From an uncultured Bacteroides sp. (GTDB lineage: Bacteria; Bacillota; Clostridia; Oscillospirales; Ruminococcaceae): a stretch of 57,731 nucleotides of DNA. The notes below the pieces were generated by a model. The model made no database searches. It saw only the letters and a list, made by a program, of their open reading frames with translations, and had not been told where the DNA came from. How positions within the stretch are numbered: position 1 is the stretch's first letter; each line of letters begins with the position of its first letter. This document shows, in pieces, positions 29,398-39,538 of this stretch. Made by a program: the position numbers and the translations under genes. The stretch is from positions 1 through 57,731 of the forward strand of contig CAYJLZ010000003.1 of NCBI GenBank assembly GCA_964371265.1, given 5' to 3'.

Positions 29398-30234
29398 ATG
29401 AACATAGTTTATTTGATTGGTATACTGCTTGCGGTAATATTTATGCTATTCGGTATAATGGTTGATTTGACAGCAGGCTTTTCGGTAGACCCAGGAAAAC
29501 TCATCAATTTTTTCGATGCGTCCAGCATACTTATAGTTGTGGGCGGCACGTTTGCTGTTGTTGTTGCGTGTTACCCCAAAACAATTAAGGCTTTAATTAA
29601 ACACTTTGGCATTATGTTTAAGTCTAACAGCCACGACCCTAATGTGTACGTGGAAAAATTAATAGAACTTGCACAAATTGCACGTAAAAACGGATTGCTT
29701 GCACTTGAAGAAAAAGCGAATTCGGAAACAGATCCGTTTTTTAAGCAGGCTATTACATTAATAGTAGACGCAAACGACCCTGCCCGTGTAAGAAACGTGC
29801 TTGAAAACGACATGAACCAAGCCAGCGAGCGCCACCAAAGGGTTATTGGCATGTACGAAAAAGGCTCGGCAACTGCGCCGGCACTCGGCATGGTTGGTAC
29901 GCTAATTGGCCTTATTAACATGCTTAGAAACCTTGACGGCGGCGATATGTCATCGCTTGGCCCAAGCATGAGTACTGCTATGATTACAACGCTGTACGGC
30001 TCTATTTTGGCCCACGTGTTCTTTACGCCAATTGCAACAAACCTTACCGCTCGCGATGAGGAAGAATACCTATGCAGGCAAATTATTATAGAGGGTATTA
30101 TGGCAATACAAGCCGGTGAAAATCCGAAGTTCTTAAAAGAATTTTTGCTTGTGTTTATGAACCAAAAACTGCGTGATGGAAGTGGCGGCAAAAAAGGCAA
30201 AAAAGGCGGCGGCGATGCACCGGCAGAAGAATAG
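29398..30234 (+). CDS. motA: Stator A subunit (MotA/PomA/MotP family)
   Basis: IVVGGT, ARKNGLLALE, APALGMVGTLIGL and TTLYG motifs. Confidence 0.95.
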   Translation: MNIVYLIGILLAVIFMLFGIMVDLTAGFSVDPGKLINFFDASSILIVVGGTFAVVVACYPKTIKALIKHFGIMFKSNSHDPNVYVEKLIELAQIARKNGLLALEEKANSETDPFFKQAITLIVDANDPARVRNVLENDMNQASERHQRVIGMYEKGSATAPALGMVGTLIGLINMLRNLDGGDMSSLGPSMSTAMITTLYGSILAHVFFTPIATNLTARDEEEYLCRQIIIEGIMAIQAGENPKFLKEFLLVFMNQKLRDGSGGKKGKKGGGDAPAEE

Positions 30235-30332
30235 AAATTACATAGTAAATAGAAAAACTATATTATTACAGTAGTTATACAAGCTGCAGAGAAATTAAAA
30301 TTAAAAGCCAATATCTGCAAGGAGAAACATAG

Positions 30333-31223
30333 ATGAAGAAAAAAAGATCAGGCGGTGGCGGCGCTAACTGGATGGATACCTATGGCGATATGGTTACATT
30401 GTTAATGTGTTTTTTCATTTTAATGTACTCTATGTCAAGCGTAGACCAAGAGAAGTATGCCGCAATTGCAGAATCGTTTAACCCCAATGCAACCGAAAGT
30501 TACCTAGGTGATGAGGCAAATGAAGACGCTGTTCCCGAACCACCTGAAGAAACGGTGACAGAGGAGCAATCAGAGGAGAACCTAGAACAGCTTTATGAAG
30601 ATTTGGTAGACTTTTTTATAGAGGAAGACCTTGGTAGTAACGTTAGCATAAGCAAAGGCAGCGGCTATGTGTTTATATCGTTTCACGATGCGTTGTTTTT
30701 TGCCGGTAACAGCTATACAATTAGCGACGATGGACAAGCAATACTTGACAATGTTGCAAGTGCAATAAGCGAAATAAGCAACACCGTTAACGTAATAGAA
30801 GTACTGGGACATACAGCAAGGGCTGATGCAAATGACGCAAACATAGTTAGCACCGATAGATTTTTGGCATCTAACAGGGCAACGGCTGTAACAATATATT
30901 TACAACTTAAAAATTTCATCGAGCCCTCGAGGCTTGTAAGCCTTGGCTATGGCGAATGGCGCCCCATAGGCGATAACGCGATAAGCGAAGAGCAGGCAAC
31001 CAACAGGCGTGTAGAACTTGTTATTAGCGGATACAACGAGGATACTGTTGGTAAGGATGACATAGACATATACTACAATATGCAAGAAGATGCGCAAACC
31101 GCGCAAGAGGTAAACGACAGCGGAGTTAGTGTGCCTAGCGAAAGCAATGAAGAAGATGCGAGCGAGCAGCAAGAGAGCCAAGCGCAAACAAGCACCGAAG
31201 ATAGCGAAGAAAGCGAAGATTAA
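30333..31223 (+). CDS. motB: Stator B subunit (MotB/PomB/MotS family)
   Basis: WMDTYGDMVTLLMCFF with the conserved Asp; OmpA-like domain (GHT, NRA, GYGE, NRRVE). Confidence 0.94.
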   Translation: MKKKRSGGGGANWMDTYGDMVTLLMCFFILMYSMSSVDQEKYAAIAESFNPNATESYLGDEANEDAVPEPPEETVTEEQSEENLEQLYEDLVDFFIEEDLGSNVSISKGSGYVFISFHDALFFAGNSYTISDDGQAILDNVASAISEISNTVNVIEVLGHTARADANDANIVSTDRFLASNRATAVTIYLQLKNFIEPSRLVSLGYGEWRPIGDNAISEEQATNRRVELVISGYNEDTVGKDDIDIYYNMQEDAQTAQEVNDSGVSVPSESNEEDASEQQESQAQTSTEDSEESED

Positions 31224-31231
31224 TAAAAACG

Positions 31232-31247
31232 TGCAGTATAGCCCTTA
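31232..31247 (+). repeat. 16-mer TGCAGTATAGCCCTTA, copy 1 (motB-fliM spacer)
   Basis: Exact match to 39539-39554. Confidence 0.75.
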
Positions 31248-31317
31248 ACTTAGAACTGCACAGCTATATACAGCAAGACGTTTTTTACATTAACAAACAT
31301 GGAAGAGGTGATAGAAA

Positions 31318-32340
31318 ATGGCAGATGTGCTTTCGCAAAGCCAAATTGATGCGCTACTGAAAGCAGCGAACAGTACAGACGGTTCTGACGATTCACCATC
31401 GATATCGCATGAAGCAGAAGAGAAGAAGTACAGAAAATACGACTTTTACAGTCCCAGAAAGTTTACAAAAGACAGAATTAGAATCATCAGCGGTGTATTT
31501 GAGAATTATTCAAGAATCATTAACTCCAGGCTCAACGGCATACTTCACACATCTTGTGAGGTTACCGTAAAATCGGTTGAAGAGCAAAGATACTATGAAT
31601 TCTCGAACGCTATATCGGAAAATGATGTTTTAACTCTGGTAGGTTCTAAAATCGAAAATGCAAAATTACCCGAGGATTCGCCTATTATATACCATTTTTC
31701 AACACAGGTAATGCTTAGTATGATGGATAGGCTGATGGGTGGTATGGGAGATATAGACGGCTCGTTAAACTCTTATATATTTACCGATTTAGAACTAAAA
31801 TTATACGAGAGCTTAGCACAGACATTTGTAAAAGTACTATCAACCAGTTGGGAAAACTACATAAATATTGAATATAACTTTGAAAAAGTTGAAACAAACC
31901 CAACGCTTGTGCAAATTATTGGCCTTGATGAAACAGTAGTAATTGTAGGCATAGATGTAAAATTTGAAAACTGTTCGGGGCAAGTAAGTATATGCTTACC
32001 CGGTATGATGTTAACGAACATATTTAGTTATATATCGGCTAACAGCAAAACCGGCAGGGGCCACGGCGAGGATAATGCAGACGAAATACTTGACATGTTA
32101 AAAGTTTCCGATTTGGAAATTAAAGCAGAACTTACACGCACCAGCGTGCGTTTGTCCGACATAAATACACTAAATGTTGGAGATGTGATTAACCTTAATC
32201 ACCCGATAAAAGCACCTGTTAGCTTGTTTGTAGGGGAAAAAGTGTGGTTTAGTGGTATGCTTGGTACGCAAAACAACAGCATCGCCGTTAAAATACGTGA
32301 TACGTTCCACAACAGTGAAGAGGAAAGAAAGGAAATGTAA
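31318..32340 (+). CDS. fliM: Motor switch protein FliM
   Basis: LSQSQIDALL CheY-binding peptide, YDF, MDRLMGG, ETNP, SpoA C-domain. Confidence 0.95.
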   Translation: MADVLSQSQIDALLKAANSTDGSDDSPSISHEAEEKKYRKYDFYSPRKFTKDRIRIISGVFENYSRIINSRLNGILHTSCEVTVKSVEEQRYYEFSNAISENDVLTLVGSKIENAKLPEDSPIIYHFSTQVMLSMMDRLMGGMGDIDGSLNSYIFTDLELKLYESLAQTFVKVLSTSWENYINIEYNFEKVETNPTLVQIIGLDETVVIVGIDVKFENCSGQVSICLPGMMLTNIFSYISANSKTGRGHGEDNADEILDMLKVSDLEIKAELTRTSVRLSDINTLNVGDVINLNHPIKAPVSLFVGEKVWFSGMLGTQNNSIAVKIRDTFHNSEEERKEM

Positions 32341-32346
32341 AAACAT

Positions 32347-33567
32347 ATGGAGTATAGAGTTTACAGCGCCTTAGAGCTTGACGCCATAGGGGAAGTAATG
32401 AATATCAGCCTGGGCTCATCGGCTACGGCGGTTTCCAATATGCTTAATCATCGTGTTGATATATCTACACCCATTGCAACGGCAGTACCTGTTGAAGAAT
32501 TTAGCCTTGGAGAGATGGAGCCGGCTGTTTGCGTGGAGATACAGTATGTTGCAGGCCTAAGGGGTAGCAACATAATGATGCTGAAAAAAGACGATGTAAG
32601 AGTTATAGTAGATATTTTGATGGGTGCCGAAACAGAGCCCGATGAATTTGAGTTAAATGAGCTTAGCATAAGTGCGGTATGCGAAGTTATGAACCAAATG
32701 ATGGGTGCGGCAAGTACTGCATTGTCTGACTTTTTAGGCAAATCGGTAAACATTTCAACACCTACTTCTTTTATGCTTGAAGACTTGGAGAACTTTAAAA
32801 AAGAGCACATAGCAAGCCTTTCGGGAACAGTAGTAGTTGTTAAATTTAATTTAAAAATTGAAGACAAGCTTGATAGTGAATTTATTAACGTTATACCGGT
32901 AGAACTTGTGGATGATATGTTATCAGGTTTTGGCATGGACACAACGCCAAAAACACAACAGGCGCCGGATACTGCTACTACACAAGAACCACAACAACAA
33001 GTAGCACAGCAAGCAGAGCCACAAGTAGCACAACAAGCACCACCACCGGTACCGCAGCAACCGGTAGCTCAAGAACCTGTGCAAGCACCGCCGCCGCAAG
33101 CAATGCCGGTGGCAGACCCTTCAATGGCTCAAATGCAATATCCGCCACAACAAATGATGTACGCACCGCCACCGGGCGCTTATGCAATGCCGCCACAGTA
33201 TATGGGGCAAGTTATGTATCAGCAAGACCCGAAAGTTATAAATGCGCAAGCTGCCGAACTTCCCATACTTGCAGGAAGCGATAGATTGCCAAAAGAGCAA
33301 GCACAAAACCTTGATTTAATTATGTCGGTTCCACTTGAAGTAAGCGTGGAGATAGGGCGCACAAGAAGAAAAGTTGAAGAGATATTAACATTTTCTAAGG
33401 GGTCTCTTGTAGTGCTTGATAAACTGGCGGGAGACCAAGTAGACCTTTACGTTAACGGACTTTGCATTGCCAAAGGCGATGTTGTTGTAATTAATGATAG
33501 CTTTGGTGTAAGAATTACAGAAGTTTTAACACAAAGCCAGTTGCTTGAGGCGACAAATGCAAAGTAA
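32347..33567 (+). CDS. fliY: Switch phosphatase FliY (CheC-like domain + FliN domain)
   Basis: Two ExxN sites (EVMNI, EVMNQ), Q/P-rich linker, VSVEIGRT...GVRITE FliN domain. Confidence 0.92.
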   Translation: MEYRVYSALELDAIGEVMNISLGSSATAVSNMLNHRVDISTPIATAVPVEEFSLGEMEPAVCVEIQYVAGLRGSNIMMLKKDDVRVIVDILMGAETEPDEFELNELSISAVCEVMNQMMGAASTALSDFLGKSVNISTPTSFMLEDLENFKKEHIASLSGTVVVVKFNLKIEDKLDSEFINVIPVELVDDMLSGFGMDTTPKTQQAPDTATTQEPQQQVAQQAEPQVAQQAPPPVPQQPVAQEPVQAPPPQAMPVADPSMAQMQYPPQQMMYAPPPGAYAMPPQYMGQVMYQQDPKVINAQAAELPILAGSDRLPKEQAQNLDLIMSVPLEVSVEIGRTRRKVEEILTFSKGSLVVLDKLAGDQVDLYVNGLCIAKGDVVVINDSFGVRITEVLTQSQLLEATNAK

Positions 33568-33758
33568 ATAATATAAATGATTTTAGCATACTGTAAGCAA
33601 AAAAATCATTGCAAATGCTGTTTTATTACATGGCGAAGGGAAGCCACATACCAGTTTATATTATGCAAAATATTATAAACAAAATAGGTAAAAGCAACGG
33701 CAAAACAAGAATACGAAATAATATTTAAATAAATTAACAAGAAAAGGATGAATAACAA

Positions 33759-34124
33759 ATGGCTAAAATTTTGATTGTTGATGATGCGGCTTTTATGAGA
33801 AAAGTTATACGCGACACACTTGAGAAAAACGGATTTACAGATGTACACGAGGGCGTTAATGGGCAAGAGGCTGTTGATAAATACTTTGAGCTAAAGCCTG
33901 ATTTAGTGCTATTAGACATTACAATGCCTATTAAAGACGGACTAGAGGCGCTAAAAGAAATAAGAGGCAAAGACACAAGTGCAAATGTTGTTATGTGTAG
34001 CGCTATGGGCCAAGAGGCAATGGTTGTAGAGGCAGTTCAAGCTGGTATTAAAGACTTTGTAGTTAAACCATTTAAGGAAGACAGACTGATGAAAACAGTT
34101 ACGTCTATACTTGGCAACCCATAA
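33759..34124 (+). CDS. cheY: Chemotaxis response regulator CheY
   Basis: IVDDAAFMR, LDITMP, CSAMGQ and KPF motifs. Confidence 0.95.
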   Translation: MAKILIVDDAAFMRKVIRDTLEKNGFTDVHEGVNGQEAVDKYFELKPDLVLLDITMPIKDGLEALKEIRGKDTSANVVMCSAMGQEAMVVEAVQAGIKDFVVKPFKEDRLMKTVTSILGNP

Positions 34125-34130
34125 AATATT

Positions 34131-34508
34131 ATGTTAGAAAATATTATAAGTTTGCTTAGCACATTAATAATAATAGCGCTTATACTTGCCCTTGCTTATT
34201 TAAGTACAAGGTTTATAGCATCTAAATCGGTTTTTTTAGGCTCGGGGTACAAAACAAGACGAATAAAAATACAAGAGCAAATTACAACCGGAAAAGACCA
34301 AAAGTTGATGTTAGTACAAATGGGGCAAACAATTTACTTTATTGCAAGTGGCCCAAATGGCGCTGTGTGCATAGATAAAGTGAGCGAGCAAGAGGCGCAG
34401 CTATGGCAAGAAGAGGACGAGCAAAAACTGGCAGTGCAAGAGAATTTGAGTTTTAGCGATTCGCTGAAAAAGGCCGCCGAACAATTTAATAAAAAAGGGA
34501 GGCCGTAA
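34131..34508 (+). CDS. fliO: FliO/FliZ export accessory protein
   Basis: N-terminal TM with LAY...RF, small cytoplasmic domain; position between cheY and fliP. Confidence 0.8.
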   Translation: MLENIISLLSTLIIIALILALAYLSTRFIASKSVFLGSGYKTRRIKIQEQITTGKDQKLMLVQMGQTIYFIASGPNGAVCIDKVSEQEAQLWQEEDEQKLAVQENLSFSDSLKKAAEQFNKKGRP

Positions 34509-34510
34509 TT

Positions 34511-35173
34511 TTGGACGCACTTATTAATGTTAACGGTGAAAGCATACAAACACTTCAAATATTATTTGTAACAACACTGTTAACCCTTTTGCCCTCTTTA
34601 CTTGTAATGATGACTTCATTTACAAGGTACATAATATCGTTTTCGTTTTTGCGTACAGCAATGGGTACGCAGCAAAACCCTCCAAACATGGTTCTTACGG
34701 GCATGGCGCTGTTTTTAACATTGTTTACAATGGCTCCGGTACTAAGCGAAATTCAAACAAATGCGTACGAGCCATATACCGAACAAGAAATATCTCAGGA
34801 AGAATTTATAGAAATAGCGCAAGTGCCCCTAAAAGAATTTATGCTAAGACAAACCGAGCAAAGCGCACTGGATGTTTTTGTGGAACTTTCGGGGGAGCAG
34901 TCGCCCGAGAACTCGCAAGATGCAATTGATTTACCGCTTACAACAGTAGTGCCTGCATTTATGACAAGTGAGCTGAGCAGAGCATTTCAAATAGGTTTTT
35001 ACTTGTACATTCCGTTTTTGCTTATAGACGTTATTGTTGCATCTACGCTTATGTCTATGGGTATGATAATGTTACCTCCGGCGATGATATCTATGCCGTT
35101 TAAGTTGCTGTTATTTATAAGCCTTGACGGCTGGGAACTTTTGTTTACAACACTTGTACGAACATTTAACTAA
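34511..35173 (+). CDS. fliP: Export gate protein FliP
   Basis: MTSFTR, QQNPPN, PAFMTSEL and MSMGMIMLPP motifs; TTG start. Confidence 0.96.
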   Translation: MDALINVNGESIQTLQILFVTTLLTLLPSLLVMMTSFTRYIISFSFLRTAMGTQQNPPNMVLTGMALFLTLFTMAPVLSEIQTNAYEPYTEQEISQEEFIEIAQVPLKEFMLRQTEQSALDVFVELSGEQSPENSQDAIDLPLTTVVPAFMTSELSRAFQIGFYLYIPFLLIDVIVASTLMSMGMIMLPPAMISMPFKLLLFISLDGWELLFTTLVRTFN

Positions 35174-35216
35174 TAAGTAAAACAAAAGGCAAATACCGCA
35201 AAACGGAGGGATAATT

Positions 35217-35462
35217 ATGGAAGTGGTAGATGTATTGCGCGAGGGGCTTAGCGTTGCGCTTAGAATAGCCGCACCTCTTTTGCTATTGAGCATGAGCGTA
35301 GGTATATTAGTAGCTATATTTCAAGCTGTAACACAAATTCACGAGCAATCGCTTGCGTTTATATTAAAACTTACGGTAATAATAACAGCCCTTGTAATTG
35401 CAGGCGGCTGGATGCTTGAGAACTTACTTGAATTTTGCCGTTACCTTTTTACTTTAATGTAA
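35217..35462 (+). CDS. fliQ: Export gate protein FliQ
   Basis: FQAVTQIHEQSLAF motif. Confidence 0.94.
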   Translation: MEVVDVLREGLSVALRIAAPLLLLSMSVGILVAIFQAVTQIHEQSLAFILKLTVIITALVIAGGWMLENLLEFCRYLFTLM

Positions 35463-35465
35463 AGG

Positions 35466-36248
35466 TTGGTGCAAATGGATTTAACACAGTTATTTGGCTT
35501 TGAGCTAATTTTAATGCGAATGTCGGGGTTTATATTTTTTAACCCGCTGTTCGGGCGCAACAATGTATCGTTTGTATTTAAAGTGGGTTTTTCGTTTGTA
35601 TTAGCGCTATTTATTATGCAATTGCCTACAACAATTATACCGCAACAACCACAAACGGTAATACAGCTAGCACTTGTTATGATTATTGAACTGAGCATTG
35701 GCTTTACATTAAGCTTTGTAATGAGAATGTTTTTTTCAATAGTACAACTTGGTGGCGACGTTATGGATACACAAATGGGCCTTACAATGTCGCAAATATA
35801 TGATTCAAGCAGTGGCGCAAACATGACAGTTACCTCGTCGTACCTAAACGTATTGTTTTTAATGGTGTTTTTTGCCGAGAACGGCCACTATACCATGATG
35901 AGGATACTAATAACAGCAGGCGAAATTGTGCCGTACGGTACAGCAGCTTTTGGAAACGATCTTACATCGCACATAACACAAATATTTTTTTCTTACATAA
36001 TATTATCGGTAAAACTGGCGCTTCCTGTGCTTGGTGCACAATTAATAGGCGTAATAGGAATGGGCATTTTAATGAAAGCAATTCCGCAAATTAATGCGTT
36101 TGTTATAAATATGGAACTTAAAGTTATAGTGGGATACTCGATGTTGTTTATGTTTTTTATGCCAATAAGCGAATTTATGCTTTTAGTAGAAGTTCAAATG
36201 CTAAACGACATGCAAAGCATACTGCAAACACTTAGTGGCATACCATAA
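35466..36248 (+). CDS. fliR: Export gate protein FliR
   Basis: Hydrophobic; DTQMGL, KLALP and PQINAF motifs; position between fliQ and flhB. Confidence 0.93.
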   Translation: MVQMDLTQLFGFELILMRMSGFIFFNPLFGRNNVSFVFKVGFSFVLALFIMQLPTTIIPQQPQTVIQLALVMIIELSIGFTLSFVMRMFFSIVQLGGDVMDTQMGLTMSQIYDSSSGANMTVTSSYLNVLFLMVFFAENGHYTMMRILITAGEIVPYGTAAFGNDLTSHITQIFFSYIILSVKLALPVLGAQLIGVIGMGILMKAIPQINAFVINMELKVIVGYSMLFMFFMPISEFMLLVEVQMLNDMQSILQTLSGIP

Positions 36249-36279
36249 AACAATTTTTTTGGCAAAGGAGTAATGCGTA

Positions 36280-37347
36280 TTGCCGGATCCACAAAAAACC
36301 GAAAGAGCAACCGCTAAAAAGCGGCGCGACGAAAGAAAAAAAGGCAATGTGTTTTTAAGCGGCGATGCTGTGTCAATTTCGGTAATGGTATGTGGATTTG
36401 CCGTGTTATTTATAAGTGCGCCCAACATAGTAAAGCAAGTTTACACCTATATATTGTACTGCATGTCGCTAATAACCGACATGGTTGGCAACGAAATACC
36501 ATCAATAAGTTTTGTGCAACTGTTTTCAAACTTTATAGTTTCTTTAGCACTTGCATCTGGGCCTTTTTTTCTAACATGCATATTAGTTGCAGTAGGTGTT
36601 ACTTTTTTTCAAACTCGCATGCTTTTTGCGTTTGATAGCATTAAACCAAAATTTAGCAAACTAAACCCAATAAAAGGTTTTTCGCGTTTGTTTTCTATTC
36701 GAAGTGTTGTAGAGGCGGCAAAAGGCATATTAAAAATAGGGCTGCTATTATATATAATTGCAAGCTACATTTTATCTCGAACCGGTATGTTTGCAAAATA
36801 TTTGCATACCGATTTACGTGTAGCGGCAACACACATGTTTGAAAGCATATTTGGCGTAATAATATATGTATCGATGGCGTATATAGCACTTGCGGTGTTT
36901 GATATTTTTTATAAAAAATGGGAATATGAGCGCGATATGCGCATGACAAAGCAAGAGGTTAAAGACGAATATAAGCAACTTGAGGGTGACCCAAAGGTAA
37001 AAAGGCGAATAAAACAAATGCAACGAAAAATGGCACGAAGCAGAATGATACAGCAAGTGCCAAAGGCCGACGTAATTATTAAAAACCCAACGCACTTTGC
37101 GGTGGCGCTAAGGTACAAGGCCGAAAAAGACAACGCTCCAATAATTTTGGCAATGGGCCAAGACGAATTAGCAAAAAGGATTTTGCAAGTGGGAGAAGAA
37201 AATAACGTAATTATAATAGAAAATAAACCTTTAGCGCGCTCGCTATATGCAACAGGCAAACTGTACAACGAAATACCACCCGACTTATACAATGCAGTTG
37301 CAGAGGTTTTAGTATATATTTACAAGCTAAAAGGCAAAATAAATTAA
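36280..37347 (+). CDS. flhB: Export switch protein FlhB
   Basis: KTERAT, KLNP, MTKQEVKDE..EGDP motifs and the NPTH autocleavage site. Confidence 0.96.
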   Translation: MPDPQKTERATAKKRRDERKKGNVFLSGDAVSISVMVCGFAVLFISAPNIVKQVYTYILYCMSLITDMVGNEIPSISFVQLFSNFIVSLALASGPFFLTCILVAVGVTFFQTRMLFAFDSIKPKFSKLNPIKGFSRLFSIRSVVEAAKGILKIGLLLYIIASYILSRTGMFAKYLHTDLRVAATHMFESIFGVIIYVSMAYIALAVFDIFYKKWEYERDMRMTKQEVKDEYKQLEGDPKVKRRIKQMQRKMARSRMIQQVPKADVIIKNPTHFAVALRYKAEKDNAPIILAMGQDELAKRILQVGEENNVIIIENKPLARSLYATGKLYNEIPPDLYNAVAEVLVYIYKLKGKIN

Positions 37348-37449
37348 TAGCATTTAAAAATAAAATTATTATGCCTTTTAAATATAACCAAAAGTAAAAA
37401 ATTAACCGAACATACAAAACCAAACCCAAAGGTAGGAAAACATTTATTT

Positions 37450-39537
37450 ATGAAACGGCTACTTAACAACTCAATATCATTACTTGTGGTTATAATAGTG
37501 CTGTTCTTAGTTTTACCAATTCCAACGGTATTGCTAGACGTACTTTTAATCATTAATATATCGTTGTCAATAATGATATTGCTGATAACAATGAACATTT
37601 CAAATGTTTTGGAATTTAGCATATTTCCATCATTGTTATTGATAACAACGTTGTTTAGGCTTGGCCTTAACGTATCGTCCACAAGGTGGATACTTGGCAA
37701 TGGCGGTTTTGCAGGTGTTGTAATTAAGGCGTTTGGAGACTTAATTACACAGGGCAATATTGTTATAGGAATAATTATATTTTTAATTATAGTTTTAGTA
37801 CAATTTATAGTTATTACTAAAGGTGCCGAGCGCGTTAGTGAAGTTGCCGCCAGGTTTACGCTCGATGCAATGCCGGGCAAACAAATGGCAATAGACGCCG
37901 ACTTGTCGAGCGGGCTAATTGGCGAAGACGAAGCGAGAGAGCGTAGGCAAAACATTCAAAAAGAAGCAGACTTTTACGGCTCGATGGACGGTGCTACAAA
38001 AATTGTTAAGGGCGACGCCATAATGAGCATTGTTATAACCGTTATAAACTTTGTTGGCGGTTTAATAATAGGCGTAGTGCAAGGCGGAGCAGATATAGGC
38101 CAAGTGTTTAGCGTATACTCTATTGCCACAATAGGTGACGGCCTTGTATCGCAACTTCCCTCGCTTATGATAAGTACCGCCACAGGCATGATAGTAACAC
38201 GCAGTGTGTCCGACGACAGCCTTAACAACGACTTTTTGCGCCAGTTTAAAAGCCAACCACGCGCAATAATGGCTACGGGTATAGTGTTGTTAATATTAGC
38301 TATAATACCCGGCACACCAACATTTCCATTATTGGTTGTGGGTGCAGGCCTAGGAATGTTTGGCTATGCAATAATGCGAAAAATGAAGGCAGAAAAAGAA
38401 ATTGAGTTATTGCAACAGCAAAAATTGGCAAGCGGTAAAACCGACGAGATACCCTCGGAGGGCGATTACTTTAAAGATATAAATAATGTGTACTCACTTT
38501 TAAATGTCGAACCCGTTGAAATGGAATTTGGATACAGTTTAATTCCACTAGTGGACGAGGGCAGCGGCGGCAAGCTTATTAATAGAATAGTGATATTTAG
38601 AAGGCAGTACGCACAGGAAATGGGCTTTGTTGTACCCAGCATACGCTTGCACGACGGAGCAGGACTTGGCACAAACCAGTACGTAATAAAAATTAGGGGC
38701 GAGGAAGTTGCTAAGGGAGAAATTTTGGTAGATTACTATCTTGCACTTGAACCGAGTAGCCCCGGCGGTGAAATTGACGGCATTGAAACGATTGAACCGG
38801 CATACGGCATACCCGCAAGGTGGATTTTGCCCGAGAACAAAGAACTGGCAGAAATTTACGGCTACACGGTAATTACACCGTTAACTGTTATGCTAACACA
38901 CTTAACCGAAACAGTTAAACAACATGCGCACGAACTACTGGGAAGAACGGAAACGCTTCAACTGGTAGAAAACCTGAAGAACACGATGCCGGAACTGGTA
39001 GAGGACACAATACCAACGGTTATAACTTATGCGGCACTTGAAAAAATACTGCGCAACCTTATAAAAGAAGGTATACCAATAAAAGACCTTGCAGTAATAC
39101 TTGAAACAATTTTAGACTCGAGTATTACAACAAAAGATATTGATACAATAACAGAAAACGTAAGGAGTGCACTAAGCAGAACAATAACACGCAAATTCTG
39201 CGAAAACGGTCAACTTCGCGTTGTAACGCTAGACGCAAGTGTAGAGAAGAGTATACTGTCGGCGCTTGCCAAAAACGAGCAGGGAATATACCTTGCACTC
39301 AGCCCCGATATTATGCAGCAAATTATATCTCAAATGGGCGAACAACGCAAAAAATTTAACGATTTATCGCAAACACCTATAATTCTTACAAGCCAGGTAA
39401 TAAGAGTATATTTAAGCCGACTTATAAAAGGCTTTTACCCCGATGTGTACGTGTTGTCATTTAACGAAATAACGAGCAACGTACAAATTCAGGCACTGGG
39501 CAACATAACACTGCTTGCCAGCGAAGAATCGGCATAA
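37450..39537 (+). CDS. flhA: Export protein FlhA
   Basis: FPSLLL.TTLFRL, EVAARFTLDAMPGKQMAIDADL and FYGSMDGA motifs. Confidence 0.97.
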   Translation: MKRLLNNSISLLVVIIVLFLVLPIPTVLLDVLLIINISLSIMILLITMNISNVLEFSIFPSLLLITTLFRLGLNVSSTRWILGNGGFAGVVIKAFGDLITQGNIVIGIIIFLIIVLVQFIVITKGAERVSEVAARFTLDAMPGKQMAIDADLSSGLIGEDEARERRQNIQKEADFYGSMDGATKIVKGDAIMSIVITVINFVGGLIIGVVQGGADIGQVFSVYSIATIGDGLVSQLPSLMISTATGMIVTRSVSDDSLNNDFLRQFKSQPRAIMATGIVLLILAIIPGTPTFPLLVVGAGLGMFGYAIMRKMKAEKEIELLQQQKLASGKTDEIPSEGDYFKDINNVYSLLNVEPVEMEFGYSLIPLVDEGSGGKLINRIVIFRRQYAQEMGFVVPSIRLHDGAGLGTNQYVIKIRGEEVAKGEILVDYYLALEPSSPGGEIDGIETIEPAYGIPARWILPENKELAEIYGYTVITPLTVMLTHLTETVKQHAHELLGRTETLQLVENLKNTMPELVEDTIPTVITYAALEKILRNLIKEGIPIKDLAVILETILDSSITTKDIDTITENVRSALSRTITRKFCENGQLRVVTLDASVEKSILSALAKNEQGIYLALSPDIMQQIISQMGEQRKKFNDLSQTPIILTSQVIRVYLSRLIKGFYPDVYVLSFNEITSNVQIQALGNITLLASEESA

Positions 39538-39538
39538 T

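Noticed and set aside
25300..35206. ATACCGCAAAA shared by the fliK (25300-25310) and fliQ (35193-35203) leaders
   Set aside because: Only 11 bp and A-rich, so plausible by chance.
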